A stretch of 64,000 bases of DNA from Octopus sinensis. Lineage: Eukaryota. The notes under the pieces are model-generated. The model saw only the letters and a program-made list of their open reading frames with translations. It did not search any database and was not told the origin of the DNA. The translations under genes were made by a program, and so were the position numbers. Position 1 is the stretch's first letter; each line of letters starts with the position of its first letter. The DNA lies in contig NC_042997.1 in the NCBI RefSeq assembly GCF_006345805.1, positions 157,790,001-157,854,000 of the forward strand, read 5' to 3'. Positions 12,753 to 25,913 of this stretch are shown in pieces.

Positions 12753-14904
12753 TTCTCTTTCGTCATAATTATTGCAAATATACCATCAAGTGAAGCGAAC
12801 ACAGAATTATCCATCGAAGAAATTTGCAGCGTGAGTGACAGTTCCTAGTAGTCATAGACGTTAAATACTAATCGATGCAGTTAGCTGTACCCCACCCGGA
12901 ACATGAGAGCTATCACGGTATTCAACCGTAAAACTCTCTCTCTCTCTCACTCACACACACACGCACGTGCACACGCACACACATGCATACACACATGAAT
13001 TTCGTTTTAGATGATATGATGTTGCTTGAAAGAGATTTGGTTGCTACTTTTAGCTAGTTCAACGACAATACCTTCATTTATTTTAAGTACTTATTGGCAT
13101 ACCATCGTGTCTGTTTTTGCGCAGAAAGCTCGGTTCAATTCGCCTATTCCTCGCTTCTTGAGTGGCAGATCTAATCCATCACCTGGTTAAATAGATACGG
13201 TTTGTTGCAAGCATGTGAACTAGGGTGACGTTCTTTTTCCCGCTCATCAGTTTTGAAATCCTTGATTGGACGCCACCTTTTCTCCTTCGGTTTAATATTT
13301 ACCCATTCTTTTACATCAGTATTTGGTTATAACTTAATCATAGGAAGAAGAACATTGTCCATGATGCTTTCGTGGGGTTTCTGTGATTAGTTTGGAAAGG
13401 TATTGGACCACGACTCATGGTTTATCCTAAATCCAAAGACCTGGTCGAAATCCTTTCAGCAAAATGGATACCATTAAAGGCCCCAAATGCCTAGGAAGTG
13501 GTGTTGATCCATGTCATACAGTCCATTTCTGAGGCGTCCACACAGGTTCTGCCTTTGTACTTGAACTTATAAGTCTTGGGTAGTTCCGAAATTATGGTAG
13601 AAGACACTTGCTGGAGACGTCTCACGTTTGGATCAGACATGGAACAACAGATCTGCAGAGTGAACTCCTTAACTGCTCCGCCCTACTCAATTCGATACTG
13701 AGTAGAGAGAGAGAAATTTTGTTTAATTCTATCTTATCATGTCACGTGTCCTTTCATACCTAATTATCCTCTCCTAAGTAGGAGGTAAATCGGAGTTGTT
13801 CATATTCACATTTTGTGAGGCAAAAAAAAGACTGGGGGCTGCACCATAGGCATAATTAAGAATACCTTATACAATAATAGTTTTATAATTGTTTTTAGTT
13901 TTGACAAGATCTGCTCTTTTGAGTGGAGGAGTATTAGTTGTGACGACACCAGTACTTAACTGGTATTGACCCCAGAAAGATGAAGACCAAAATTGACCTC
14001 AGAAGGATTTGTACTCAGCCAGTAAACTGTCTGAAGAAATACCGCCAGGAATTTTTACCTACTCTAACGATTCTGCTAGCTCACTGCCAGCTTAACAACA
14101 CTAGACACATGTTCTTGTTGTTCTTGTTAGCATTTCAAGCCTTGACTTTCCAGACTTTTTAGGACTTTAATCTTCAATGTATTTTTCTTTTTTTAAGGTG
14201 TAATGAGGGAGTTTTGACTGCTATTTCGAATCGGTCAAACTTATTGGTTGAAGCTCCCGCATTGGCTAGTGAAATACCGTTGTACAACATTGAATTTTGG
14301 TGTATACTGTGATGTATTTTTCACAGCGTGAATATAATGAAATGTTTTCGTCTCTTTTGAAGAAATTAAAATGTTTTCTAATAATGTTTGTGTCTTTATG
14401 TCTCCTCTGTACCCTGAAACACGCTGAAAACGAAAAATTGCCTCGAATGATTGCCAAAAACTGTTAAGCGGCCAAAATAATGAATGAGATGCCGCTTCAC
14501 TCACCGTCTCAAATAACTTTGCCTCGATGGCGTTGATAAAAATAGCCTTCTTCAATTTACAGTCGGAACCATGTTTTGCTTTTTACTCCATCATCACCGT
14601 TTCAAAGATATATTTAGTACCCACTCGTAATTGTGCCTGCTTCAACCAGTCTACATCGCGACATTCGATGGGCGGATCGTAATTTCTAAGATGTGGCTAT
14701 TAACGAAAATATCGGTGACATTCGCATCAGAGGGACACGTCAATCGGTAGCATACAGAAATGGTCATCGTATCCCGGCTTCTACTATCGCTACAGAATTA
14801 AGGGATCGTTTGATTACATTGTTTATTTCCATTTAGCTGGGCCATGTCACTGTACGAAGAAGTACGAGATAGGATGATTTCTTGTGCACCGATCTCTTTA
14901 ACGC

Positions 14905-15131
14905 TTTAACCATTTAGCATTTAGACAGGCTCTATCTAGCCCAATTATTCAACCTGTTTTATATTCAAACTGCCAAGGTGTGACCCCGTGTACCTATCTT
15001 GCAATGTCATTCTAAAAATAAACAATCACATCATCAAAATCTCAAAGCTACGAGGTGATGCATGACTAATTCAAGACATTGCGAATAAATAAAAACTAAA
15101 TTTGGCAGGGTAATCTGAACGCTAAATGGCA
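14905..15131. mobile_element. piggyBac-like MITE (degenerate)
   Basis: ttaa|ccatttagcattta...ctgaacgctaaatgg short inverted termini after TTAA; the right TTAA is degenerate. Confidence 0.4.
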
Positions 15132-15559
15132 AATATTCGCTAAAAGTCAGAAACCATATTAACTCGATAGACTTTGTGGTCCAGCTTAATACCACTCGAA
15201 GAAGCCGGAAGCAAATTGAGCTTGGTACTGCCTGTGGCTCACATGCGACAAATTTTGTACATCGTCAACTACACACTGCATGTGACTTTCAGCAACTATT
15301 TCATTCCAATTTAATTGCTTCTTTTTCGATGCTTGAATATTTAAGATACCAAATCGAATCCTCTGTTTATATAAAACAGATAGCATACTATTTACAAATG
15401 AAGAGGTTCCTGATGTAATGGAAACGATACGTCCAGCAAATGTTACAATAGCATCTAATGCTGAGCTATATGATAGGAGTGCAAGGCCAAACCATCTTCA
15501 TAGCCGCCATCAGAACTAATCATATTAAACTTCGATTCATTGCTAAAATGAATCTGTGA

Positions 15560-16099
15560 CCACTGTTCTTCTGTTCAAACGACAAGACGAGCTCTTTGAT
15601 TCTTTTTGGAGATCAGAGGTTCCTTTGCCAGTGCTCGAGCAAGCAACCCAGGACCTCGTAACCCCCGAGAAACTGTTTTGTGCGATACGTTGACATCGGA
15701 AGTGGATCTAAACTTGCGGGATATCTCAGCAGCGCTCTTAAACCTATCCTTCAGTGACGGTCTAACCATAATACGATCCTGTCTTGGTGAGGTTTTACGA
15801 GGTCTACCGGATTTTTAGCTTAGCATCTGTCGATTCTGATGACTTAAACCGAGCTACAATTCGTTGCACAATACATCGCTATCAAAGAATCTGACTTGAC
15901 CTCTTGGTGAAAGCACACAATCCTTTGTTTTTCATCACAGGACACCAGTCGTCTCTCACTAGCGGCCGTGTTGACATTGAATGTTCCAATAAGGTAAGAT
16001 CGTAAGAAATAACTGTTAGGCCATAAACAATCTTCTAAACAACTACTACCTCGGTTAGTAATTAATTTCTTTTGAGTGACCCTTAACTTTTGGCCACTG
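15560..16099 (-). pseudogene. Tc1-like transposase 5' fragment with left TIR
   Basis: VRPSLKDRFKSAAEI...VSHKTVSRGLRGPGLLAR...KEPLISKKNQRARL (Tc1 HTH region); CAGTGGCCAAAAGT terminus at 16099 on the minus strand. Confidence 0.75.
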
Positions 16100-16345
16100 C
16101 AATTTTGAAGATTGTTGGTTTATTTCCTCATAACTTACAAAATATTTAGATGTATCTAAATATGTGTAAAATATCTAGTCTCAACGTTTTGTTAATCTTC
16201 TATAATAACTATTTCAATGCACTTGTTCTTCGCTACTGTAGATACCACGAAGCGAAGCAGTTCTTCAACATGACATGAGATATACGTTCAAGTATTTCAG
16301 TCAGTCAGTCATTCATGTGATTGTTTCACCATCGAGAGTGAGAGA

Positions 16346-16394
<49 letters not shown>

Positions 16395-16417
16395 AGAGAT
16401 AGAGAGAGAGAGAGAAA

Positions 16418-16469
<52 letters not shown>

Positions 16470-17037
16470 AGGAAAGAGGGGAAGAAGTGAGAGGTGTTGT
16501 CTAATGCTATTAACTGGGAAAAGTCAAGTTGAGAATTTTAAGATTCCCGTCTGATGTTACATGAATGTGAACAAGACATTAATCAAATTTATTCTTGGGT
16601 GTTATACACCACATGAAGGCCCGTTTAGATGCTCATGGTTTTTTTTTTCTAAAACAATTAGCAGCAAGAGTGAGTGACCCGCTCATATTGTTGTCGTTCA
16701 AGTTTAATGGAATGTACGCGCCTTCAAACACACACGCGCGCGCGCAGACACACAGATTTCTATGTGTATATGCAGTTGATATACATGTTCATGTGTGAGG
16801 GCGCATGGGCTAGTGGTTAAGATATTGCACTCTCTGTCGCGATATCGTGATTTCAATTCCTGGACCGAGTGGTGCGTTGTGTTCTTAAGCAAAACACTTC
16901 ATCTCACGTCATCCATGAAAGTTTACCGATTCAATATTGAGTTCGAAATAACAACGCACTGGAGAAAACAACATACTAATGACGCATAAATATATACAAG
17001 ACAATTCACCACTCATAGAGAATAGTTTTATATATTA

Positions 17038-17428
17038 ACTAGCAGTATCGCCCGGCGTTGCTCGGGTTTGTTTCGACCCTTTAGAATTGGAATTTTTGAA
17101 AAGTAAAAATTTTGCATTATGTAGCTTGTTATTCTCTTTAAGTGCACATTTTCTGGTTGAAAAACACCGAAAAATGGCGACAGAGCAGTCAAAAAATCGT
17201 AAAAGATAGGAACTTTCATAGGAAAAAAGCACCTTTTTGATGTAAATAATTTTTGGTCTTAACATGGTTCGATTTGAATTTTATTTTCTACGGAATGAAG
17301 AACAAGCCTTTTTCTATCATACTCTCAATTTTGGTCAACTTGCACCATAGGGTCTCAGAGGAGATAGTGTTAGTTGAAGGCTACCAAACCTGTCACTCAC
17401 AGACAACTTCAACTTTATATATATAGAT
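17038..17428 (+). mobile_element. Non-autonomous Helitron-like repeat
   Basis: Starts actagc...cccggcgttgctcggg (hairpin), ends ...ctttatatatatagat. Similar starts at 34018 (plus) and ~4462 (minus). Classification rests on recalled terminal motifs. Confidence 0.45.
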
Positions 17429-17461
17429 TGAAAAACAATGAAACAAACATTGATAACTTCC

Positions 17462-17467
17462 TTTATT
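17462..17467 (-). terminator. Candidate AATAAA polyadenylation signal of DBH/TBH
   Basis: TTTATT on the plus strand ~190 nt past the stop codon; positional inference only. Confidence 0.4.
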
Positions 17468-17657
17468 CAAATAAATACAACACAGTCATCATTGCAAGCA
17501 GCAAGCAGTATTATTTTAGAATAAATATGAACTCATCTACTAAGGCTGTTTGGATTATTGTGCTAATAGGTGGTCTTGAGGCAAAAGGTGCAAGTATTTT
17601 GTTCTAAAGAGAAGGCTTTTGCTACTGGCCTGGATATCATAACGTTAAGTATAGATA

Positions 17658-17768
17658 TTATGCGATTACATTGTCCTTCTCCGGATTATTAAGAGTACAG
17701 TCGCAGTCACGTTCGGGTGGTTTCAATGGTAGTGTAATCTCTGTTTGTGGCATTCCTTCCCAGTTGCC
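17658..17768 (-). CDS. DBH: DBH/TBH terminal coding exon 12, 36 aa + TAA (not in the ORF track)
   Basis: tattttag|GNWEGMPQTEITLPLKPPERDCDCTLNNPEKDNVIA*; matches DBH GEWNLQPLP...PQC. Confidence 0.88.
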   Translation of the reverse strand, partial: GNWEGMPQTEITLPLKPPERDCDCTLNNPEKDNVIA

Positions 17769-20700
17769 CTAAAATATAGAGAAGAGACAGAAAAAAGAAC
17801 GACAATTAATAAACCATTCCTTAAATGAAAATATTGACTTTTTACAAGGCCGATAAGTTTTCATTGCCGTTGTTAATGGAAAGCAGGAGGTCTTTACGTT
17901 CTGAGTTCAAATTCCGCCGAGGTTGATTGTACGTTTCTTCCTTTCGAAGTCGATAAAATAAGTACCAGTTGAACTCTGAGGTCAACGGAAATTTATGGCC
18001 TTGTGCCAAAATTTGAAACCATTATTAATGGAAAGCTGATAAAAACACAGGTATTTTTGACTTTGTTGTCATTGACTGCCATCAGTTTTATTTGCCTTTC
18101 TCAGTTGAGAGAAAAGAACGAAACTATACTTTCCATTCCCCATGGTAATCAAATCTTTTGATACTCTACAATATTTCTTCCGGATTATTTGTTCCTGGAG
18201 ATCCTCATTCGTTTATTTGAATGTCGTGCTTTACTCTGGGTTGTGTTCCAATTCTTGAAATTATGAACTACAAAGGTCCATTAAAGATTCACTCATACCA
18301 CATGCTTACACCTCACGATCACTAGAATGATTAAACTATTCCACCAACATTTTGTTGCCACTTAATTTCGAATCAAGAGTAAGCATATAAGTGACCACTG
18401 GCTTAGCTGCATGGAGTAGCCAAAACTCTACCAGGCCACATCCTACCGTCTTGAAGAATGAGGGAGATATTGTAATGTAATATACAATAAGTAAGGCATA
18501 ATACAATGGCAGGACGATCACTGCCTAAACAATGTTGATTATAGATTTATTCAGTTAATACTGACCTGGGACGACATAGTATAACATCAATGTATAGACA
18601 AACAATAACACCAATACATCCACAGGCAGGCACATGTATACAACAATTAACATGAAAACTCAGTAGAAGACATAGAGGAAAAGGTTTTAGCAGTCGCTCT
18701 AACTGCTAGAAATATCAGCCAAATCTCCCTTAAATCGCGAATGACACAATAGAGAATGTAGAAGCTGCTAAAAAAAATGTAGGTCTGTCACAGCTTTAAC
18801 GTCTTTTATAATTGGTCTGCTCGACAGGGGCTATTCTGATGCTGAACCACAAGTAAATGAATCTTTACGCAAATGGTAATCAGTGAAAACAAAGGGGCCA
18901 AAGCTCATTCAAATAATACCTCGGCCCTTAAAAACGGAAGAATACATTAAATAATTAAGTCACAGATGTACATGAAGAAGGTTGGTTACAAATTGGAGAC
19001 TTTCGTGTCTGTTCAGGTTAGAAATATCAGTCAATTCTCAATAAAAATCATTTCATTCTACCATTCTAAAAAGGAAGGACATAATGTAGTCTCTTATCTA
19101 GAAAAAGACATGAAGTCAAGTCTAACTTGAGATTACCATCAGGCTAATCACAATTCAAGGAAGACGGGGCTCTCTATAGTAGCTAGACCTACTAATAATA
19201 GCAGTCAAATGACCTTCAAATCACATAAAGTAACATCAATATAAACACATTAATTAATGCACGCATGCGTACGCATACACACGGAAATTTGCATGTACAC
19301 GTACAAGAAAAAACGGATGTCAGCTCTGAGAGGGCGCTTAAACTGTCAGAAATAGCAAGAAAATCTCTCACGAATTACTCGCCATAACAGTCGGAGTGTG
19401 CACTGGTCACTTTAGTGTCTGATATACAAAAAGACAGTATAGTTATTATGGTTGGAAAGCCTTTCATCACGTGTCTGCTTGCCGCCTCCTAAATTAGGGC
19501 TAAATATAATGTTAACAATAACTATAGTATTTCTTTATATCTTATCCAAATTATTTAATGCTGTTTACAACACACACATGTACGCTCTGCTATACAAGAA
19601 TCCAGGCATGTCACGGCGAGGGTGTCTTTTATCAATGTCTGCTCGATTAATGCTAACCCGAGGTTAAAAAGACAAAACAAAGTAAAAAAGAAAAGAAAAA
19701 TAAACAAACAACTATAGTATATCGTATACATCTTATCTTAAAATAATGTATTTACCAAATCCCATGGGAACATTTATTGCATTCGTAATGTTTGTATTCG
19801 TTCCATTAGCAGCGGCAGACCATTTGCGTTATGATAGCCATGTATACCAACCCTCACTGAAATCACGCCCTACCCTCTCATATGTATATACATATATGAA
19901 TGTATAGATGTTGAGTATGTATGTATGTAGTATGTATGTATGTATGTATGTATGTATGTATGTATGTATGTATGTATGTGCGATGGGGTGCTGAAAAGTT
20001 CCTGGCTTTGGGCAAAAGAAAATACAGGAGGATCAGTTAATTATGATTTTAACGAACTTATTACCTCTCAGTTTCACACACTTATTGCAGTGGTCCTTCA
20101 GTTTTTCTAAGCCCTGTAAAAGAATTCGGAAGGCAGAACCTCTAAGCAGGCCTTTTGCGAGACCCTTAAAGCGAGGAACTTTTCGGCATCCCCTCGTATG
20201 TCATTTGTACTGAGATACTAGCTAACACTATTAAAATCAGATTTATACCATCCCATGTGACTCTGGATTAGAAGAAAACGATGTAACGAGGAGGAGTTTC
20301 TATGTGTTCTCCCGATCTGTTAGAAATAAAGACAAAATCTACTTCAAATCATTTGATATAGTCTTAAAACGGAGAAGAATGCACTCTAACGAGCTTCCAA
20401 ATATCAAAGTATACATGTGGAGAGCGAGAGAGTAGTTAGCTAAGCGTTAGGTGAGGATAGGTGTAGCTCAGAGAGCATTGTCTGAGATCATTGGAAGAGA
20501 TATCCCAGCGGATAAGTTAACGACAGAGTTTATGGATGCAGTTGATAACATCAGCCACCAAATTCTTCGAAAAGTCATTCAGTAACATCAATATATAACC
20601 AAGCAGTAGCACCTATATACATTGAGTAACTCACACATATGAAGGCACAGAGGGTATATGTGAGACACCATTCTATCACTATATGATTCTCTGAAGCAAA

Positions 20701-22577
20701 TAAAAGTACAGAAACACCTATATGCCAATATGTGAGTATCTAAAGTAAGGATGAGATATAGTTGACAGCACCATTGTGTACATATCAGAGTGAAAAGCAG
20801 ATGCGGTAAACAGCATAACATTGTGTATTAGCGTAAAAGAGGTGATTAGTTGCTGTAGAAAAAGAGGAAATCAATTAAATATAGCCTCGTTTATCACTGA
20901 TTCATTCAGCACTTATCTGGGATAACACGATACGCATAAATGTGAGCCATATTACGCTTATTACGGATTGATCTGTGGTAACATAAGTCGGCGATCAGTC
21001 GAAAGCTTTGCTTCTACCGTAAAAGACGTGTCTCAGCAACTACACACAATATTCAGCTGCCGAGAATTCAGAAACTATTTCTTGGGTTTACATGACCATG
21101 CTGCTAGGTTGCGTATCTTTTTATTTTCATACCTTTTCACGTACTCGTACCCCTCGACCTAAGGCCAGCGAACAGAGAAAATATGAAGGCGTTTGATGCT
21201 TAACAATCAATGCAGACGAGTATATTTCCTACAAGAAAAGGTAGCGATAAAAAAGCAAAACATGCGTGACAGATTCGTTGCTGTGGGGCGCGAGTTTGAT
21301 ATCAATGTTCTATTCATAAAATGCATGATACTTTATCCCTAATACATCTCATCACGGTGTTTCTTAAACACCTCCCCCCGTGATAAACGAAGTTAGTTGT
21401 GCATATATGTGTGTATGCGAAACAAAAGTTTGTATATGTAAACAATGGTGCAGTTACGCCAGCGTTAAATTTAAATTCATGCTTATACTTGAGGTGGCAG
21501 CGTAGTGAATAAGGAGGCTGAGAGTGAAAGGTCGATGGTCTAAAGCAGTGGTTCCCAAACTTTTTAGAGTCGCGACCCACTATTTATCACGTCAGTTTAT
21601 GACGACTCACTTAACTCTACTAAGTATAAAAGCTAATGCGTAATTTTATAAGTTTTTGCGACCCACTAAGATTCAGTTCACGACCCATCTGTGGGTCGCG
21701 ACTCATAGTTTGGGAACCACTGGTCTAAAGCAAAGGTCGGGGAACATTTTTAACCAATTACCCAAAATATATTTATTTACGCTAACGTTATCCCCTTGAT
21801 TTGAAAGGAAGAAAATCAGATTCTTTGAATTCGAGAGGTTCATTGAATCTAATTACAAGTCTATTGCATTGGGCAGATGCAATGTTGCCAGAATAAAAAT
21901 TTCTGTCGTAACAAGGAACACCTTTTTCATATAATTTTGCTTATGTCTACTGAGTCCTCTTTATCCCCAAGAATTTCATATTTACCTCACTTGGGGTAAT
22001 TTACCCTCGCTTCGCTGACCCTAGGTGTAAAGGAATGCTCGGCAATATGCTGTTAGGCTTTAACAATTAGAGAATGTACTTCCATTAACGCCCCCAGAAC
22101 ACCGCTATAACCAACAACTTCTCCCACAACCACCTGTACAATCATCATCACTGTGACTACCACTCATACATCTCTCGATGACTCACTAACCATTTTCTTC
22201 GGTATATGTGATCGTGTGCGCGCGCGCGCGCGCGTGTGTGTGTGTGTGTCCATATGTGTGAATGTGTGAACATTCGTACATTTATGAATATGTATGGAGT
22301 GTACGTACATATGCATTCACGCCCTAACAGTACACACACAGTTATACCAAAAACAACTCATACATGCATATTTAGTTATCAAATAAAGCTAGAAACGTTT
22401 ATATGTATAGTACAGTGCAGTGTATGTTAGCTTGTGTGTGTGTGTGTGTGTGAAGGTACATACACACATACATGCATATACATATATTAAGACACGCGCG
22501 CGCACGCACGTGTGTGTCTGTATATATGTATATGCATGTATGTATGTTTGTATGTACCTTCACACACACACACACAG

Positions 22578-22623
<46 letters not shown>

Positions 22624-23984
22624 GTATAGAGAGAGAGAGAGAGAGAGAGAGAACGTGTGTGTGTGTGTGTGTGTGCGTAACGTGTACTTGCTATCCAGTT
22701 GACATTATGCAGGGGCAGGATCCGATGTTTGCAGCTATTAAAAAAGCACAGATTTCTCAATGTTATTTTGAATGCTATTGATTGGATTTATGTCCAGAAC
22801 ATGTCTGTTGATTTCAGAAGAACTAATGAATAAATCTAAGAACCGAAGAAACACGAAGACGATGCTACCGGATGAAATAGAAGCAGAATGACTATGAGGA
22901 GGGATGAGGTGGGATGGAGGTGGGTGAAAACATAATAGCCATACACCATATACTTGCCATTCAGTTGAAAGATCTTTATTCTACATGGTCATACAATCTG
23001 CTAGAAATAGCAGCCAAATGTATTTAAAATCATATATATTGCCTTAATAATAAAAATGATAAATTGAAAAATGTAGTCCTACATGGGACTTTTCTTGAAC
23101 TCAGTATACATTGGTCACGGCTATGAACTCCTTTAATTATAGTTTTATTCTGATGGAGTCCCCATAGCCATTCAATGTTTAAAAACTAGTTTTATAGAAA
23201 CTTTGAAAATTCCTATTTTGTTTTACTTACATTGACTTGCGTAGGGTGAATTATGTAAAATGTTGGCGAAAGAAACCTAGCTGTTTCTTGCAATACATAC
23301 CAATACATACATTTAAATAAAACATTTTTCAAGAACCATTAATATACTATTGTGAATCTTAAATTTACAATATTGTTGCGTGGACCCCCAAAATCTTATA
23401 TGGTCCCTCTAGGGTCATATAAGCCCCGGTTGAGAACCACTGATCTACTTTGTCCGCTGGGCAGCAGCACTAACTTAGAGAAAATTTATTATATTATTTA
23501 TTTCTTAAAAAATATTGTTTAAATATTTTTGATTATTTATTAAAATATTACAATTAACCTGAAGATTGACTGTAACCATAACTCGAATTATTAATTGAAT
23601 TTAAATTATTGTTATTCGAATTGGTTACGGGCATTAATAGCTGCAAATACTTTTTGATAGTTTATAAAAAAATAAATAAATAAATAAATAAATATAAAAT
23701 ATAAATAAATATAAAAATATAAAAAAATATAAAAAATATAAAAATTAAAAAATAAATAATTAAATAAAATAATAATAAAAAAATATATATATTTATAATT
23801 TATAAGTTTAAATTATTAATTCAAATAATTTTTTTAAAGTTTTAACTTTAATTCAAATATTTTAATTGGATTTTTATATTTTATATTTTATATTTTTTTA
23901 ATATATCTTTTAATTAATTTTATTTCTATGTATTGGCTTATGATTTTCACTGTTTGATTTGCCTAGTAGTGGTTTTATCTCTAA

Positions 23985-24043
<59 letters not shown>

Positions 24044-24367
24044 AGAATTATTCGGTAGCCGTTATAAAACTCCGAGTTTCGAATGCCGAGGTGAAAATCC
24101 ACGGCATCATCACTTCAGTTATCCGGCCATCGGAAAAAATGCTATGAAAATGACCATTATAACGGTCATTGTATAACGGTCATTGTATAACGGTCATTGT
24201 ATAACGGATAACTGAAGTGATGGCTGCGTGGATTTCCACCTCGGCATCCGAAACTCGGAGTTTTATCATTGCTACTGAATAATTGTCACATATTACATTT
24301 ACAGATAAATTCCTCTATTTACATAATATCGAGGTCTCTTTCATTTTTTTGTCTTACCTATTTTATT

Positions 24368-24403
<36 letters not shown>

Positions 24404-24979
24404 TAGTAGGTATTACATGAGCTTTTTAGAAAGTTAATAATATATCAGCTTTGAAATATTTCTTAGAACTAACAAGAACCTCTGCACTTTGTGTTGCTGT
24501 TTAGGTAATGGTATGCTTGTAGGATCATCAGAAATTGCGAGGCCTATTATATGCAGCTATTTTCTGGGGTTTAGTTGAATAAAAATTTAGGATATGCAGG
24601 TTTGAAAATATCTCACGGAATGACGACCGTGCCCTGCATATTTACAGGATGCCCTTTAGCAAGACATAGCGCCCGTTCAGCTACCCTACCAAGAATATGG
24701 CAAACTCATGGGACTGAAGATTGGCAGATTGGGAAGTCAACTGAGCCAACTGAGTCTTACATTGATACTGAGCGGAGGAATCCTGAAAAATCAACAGTCA
24801 AGATCACCAATCTGTATCAAGGGAGTAACTGCAACGCATCCATAGGAGTGGCGTTCACGGTTGTGTAATCATCTAATGGAAGATTCATTTTGACTCAAGA
24901 TTCCACATCAAATTCATATGAATAATAGAATTGGATGGTGACAAAGAGTCACGGGAATCCGTCTAAGCAACCCGATCGG

Positions 24980-25016
<37 letters not shown>

Positions 25017-25213
25017 ACCCAGTCGCCATGATAGATCGTTAGCCACTACACACATTTTTTCTCTCCTTGATACCTCTCCTTGTTTTTTCTGTGTCCCTTT
25101 CTGTAGAAGAGCGTAGGCTCGAAACGTAAAAGACCTTTTCTATTCCTGAGAGTTATACTAATACATCTGTTTGTTTTGTACACCATCTTTCTTCGTCTTT
25201 TGTTTTTTTTCGT

Positions 25214-25291
<78 letters not shown>

Positions 25292-25495
25292 TTAATATTT
25301 CTAAGTCTCTCTAAAGGAGACTACGGCAGCGGTATTGGGTATTAATTGTTATCGCCAAGCTAATATGGCAGTCCAGAAATATAGGACGAATGCTGCCGTC
25401 GATTAGAGCTAGAGGTGATGGTTTCTTGGAGCTAATCAACGGCAGCATTCGTCCTATATTTCTGGACTGTCATATTAGCTTGGCGATGACTATTA

Positions 25496-25538
<43 letters not shown>

Positions 25539-25865
25539 TGAATAATGTTCATGACTGTTGAAGGTGAATCTTAAAGACTTCGTGACTATTTATAAAGACC
25601 GAGGCTCTGAGTCGTTGTAAGAGATTAGGCGGCTCATATCCTCATTTAAAGATGCTCTCAAGCTTACTATTAATTGAATTAGTGATGTTGAAGGCGAAGT
25701 CTTTAGTAAATGAGGAGGCTCTCTCTCCCCCAACTGGATTCTTTGCGAACAGAGCTGTCTGCATTGAAAAAATGTTAGTGTATAGGAGGACTTTACAAAG
25801 TTAAGCAGAGAGCAGAGAGCGGTAATACAATTTTTAGAGGCAGCAGAACTGGTAGCTATATGATG

Positions 25866-25913
<48 letters not shown>

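Noticed and set aside
15405-15440. CTGATGT...GAAACGATACGTC
   Set aside because: No stem II or stem I; consistent with chance
23660-23930. Nearly pure A/T stretch, A-rich then T-rich
   Set aside because: No exact symmetry or unit structure; low-complexity sequence or low-quality consensus
24159-24207. 14-bp direct repeats that might suggest a CRISPR-like array
   Set aside because: The repeats are contiguous with no spacers, in eukaryotic context, with no cas genes
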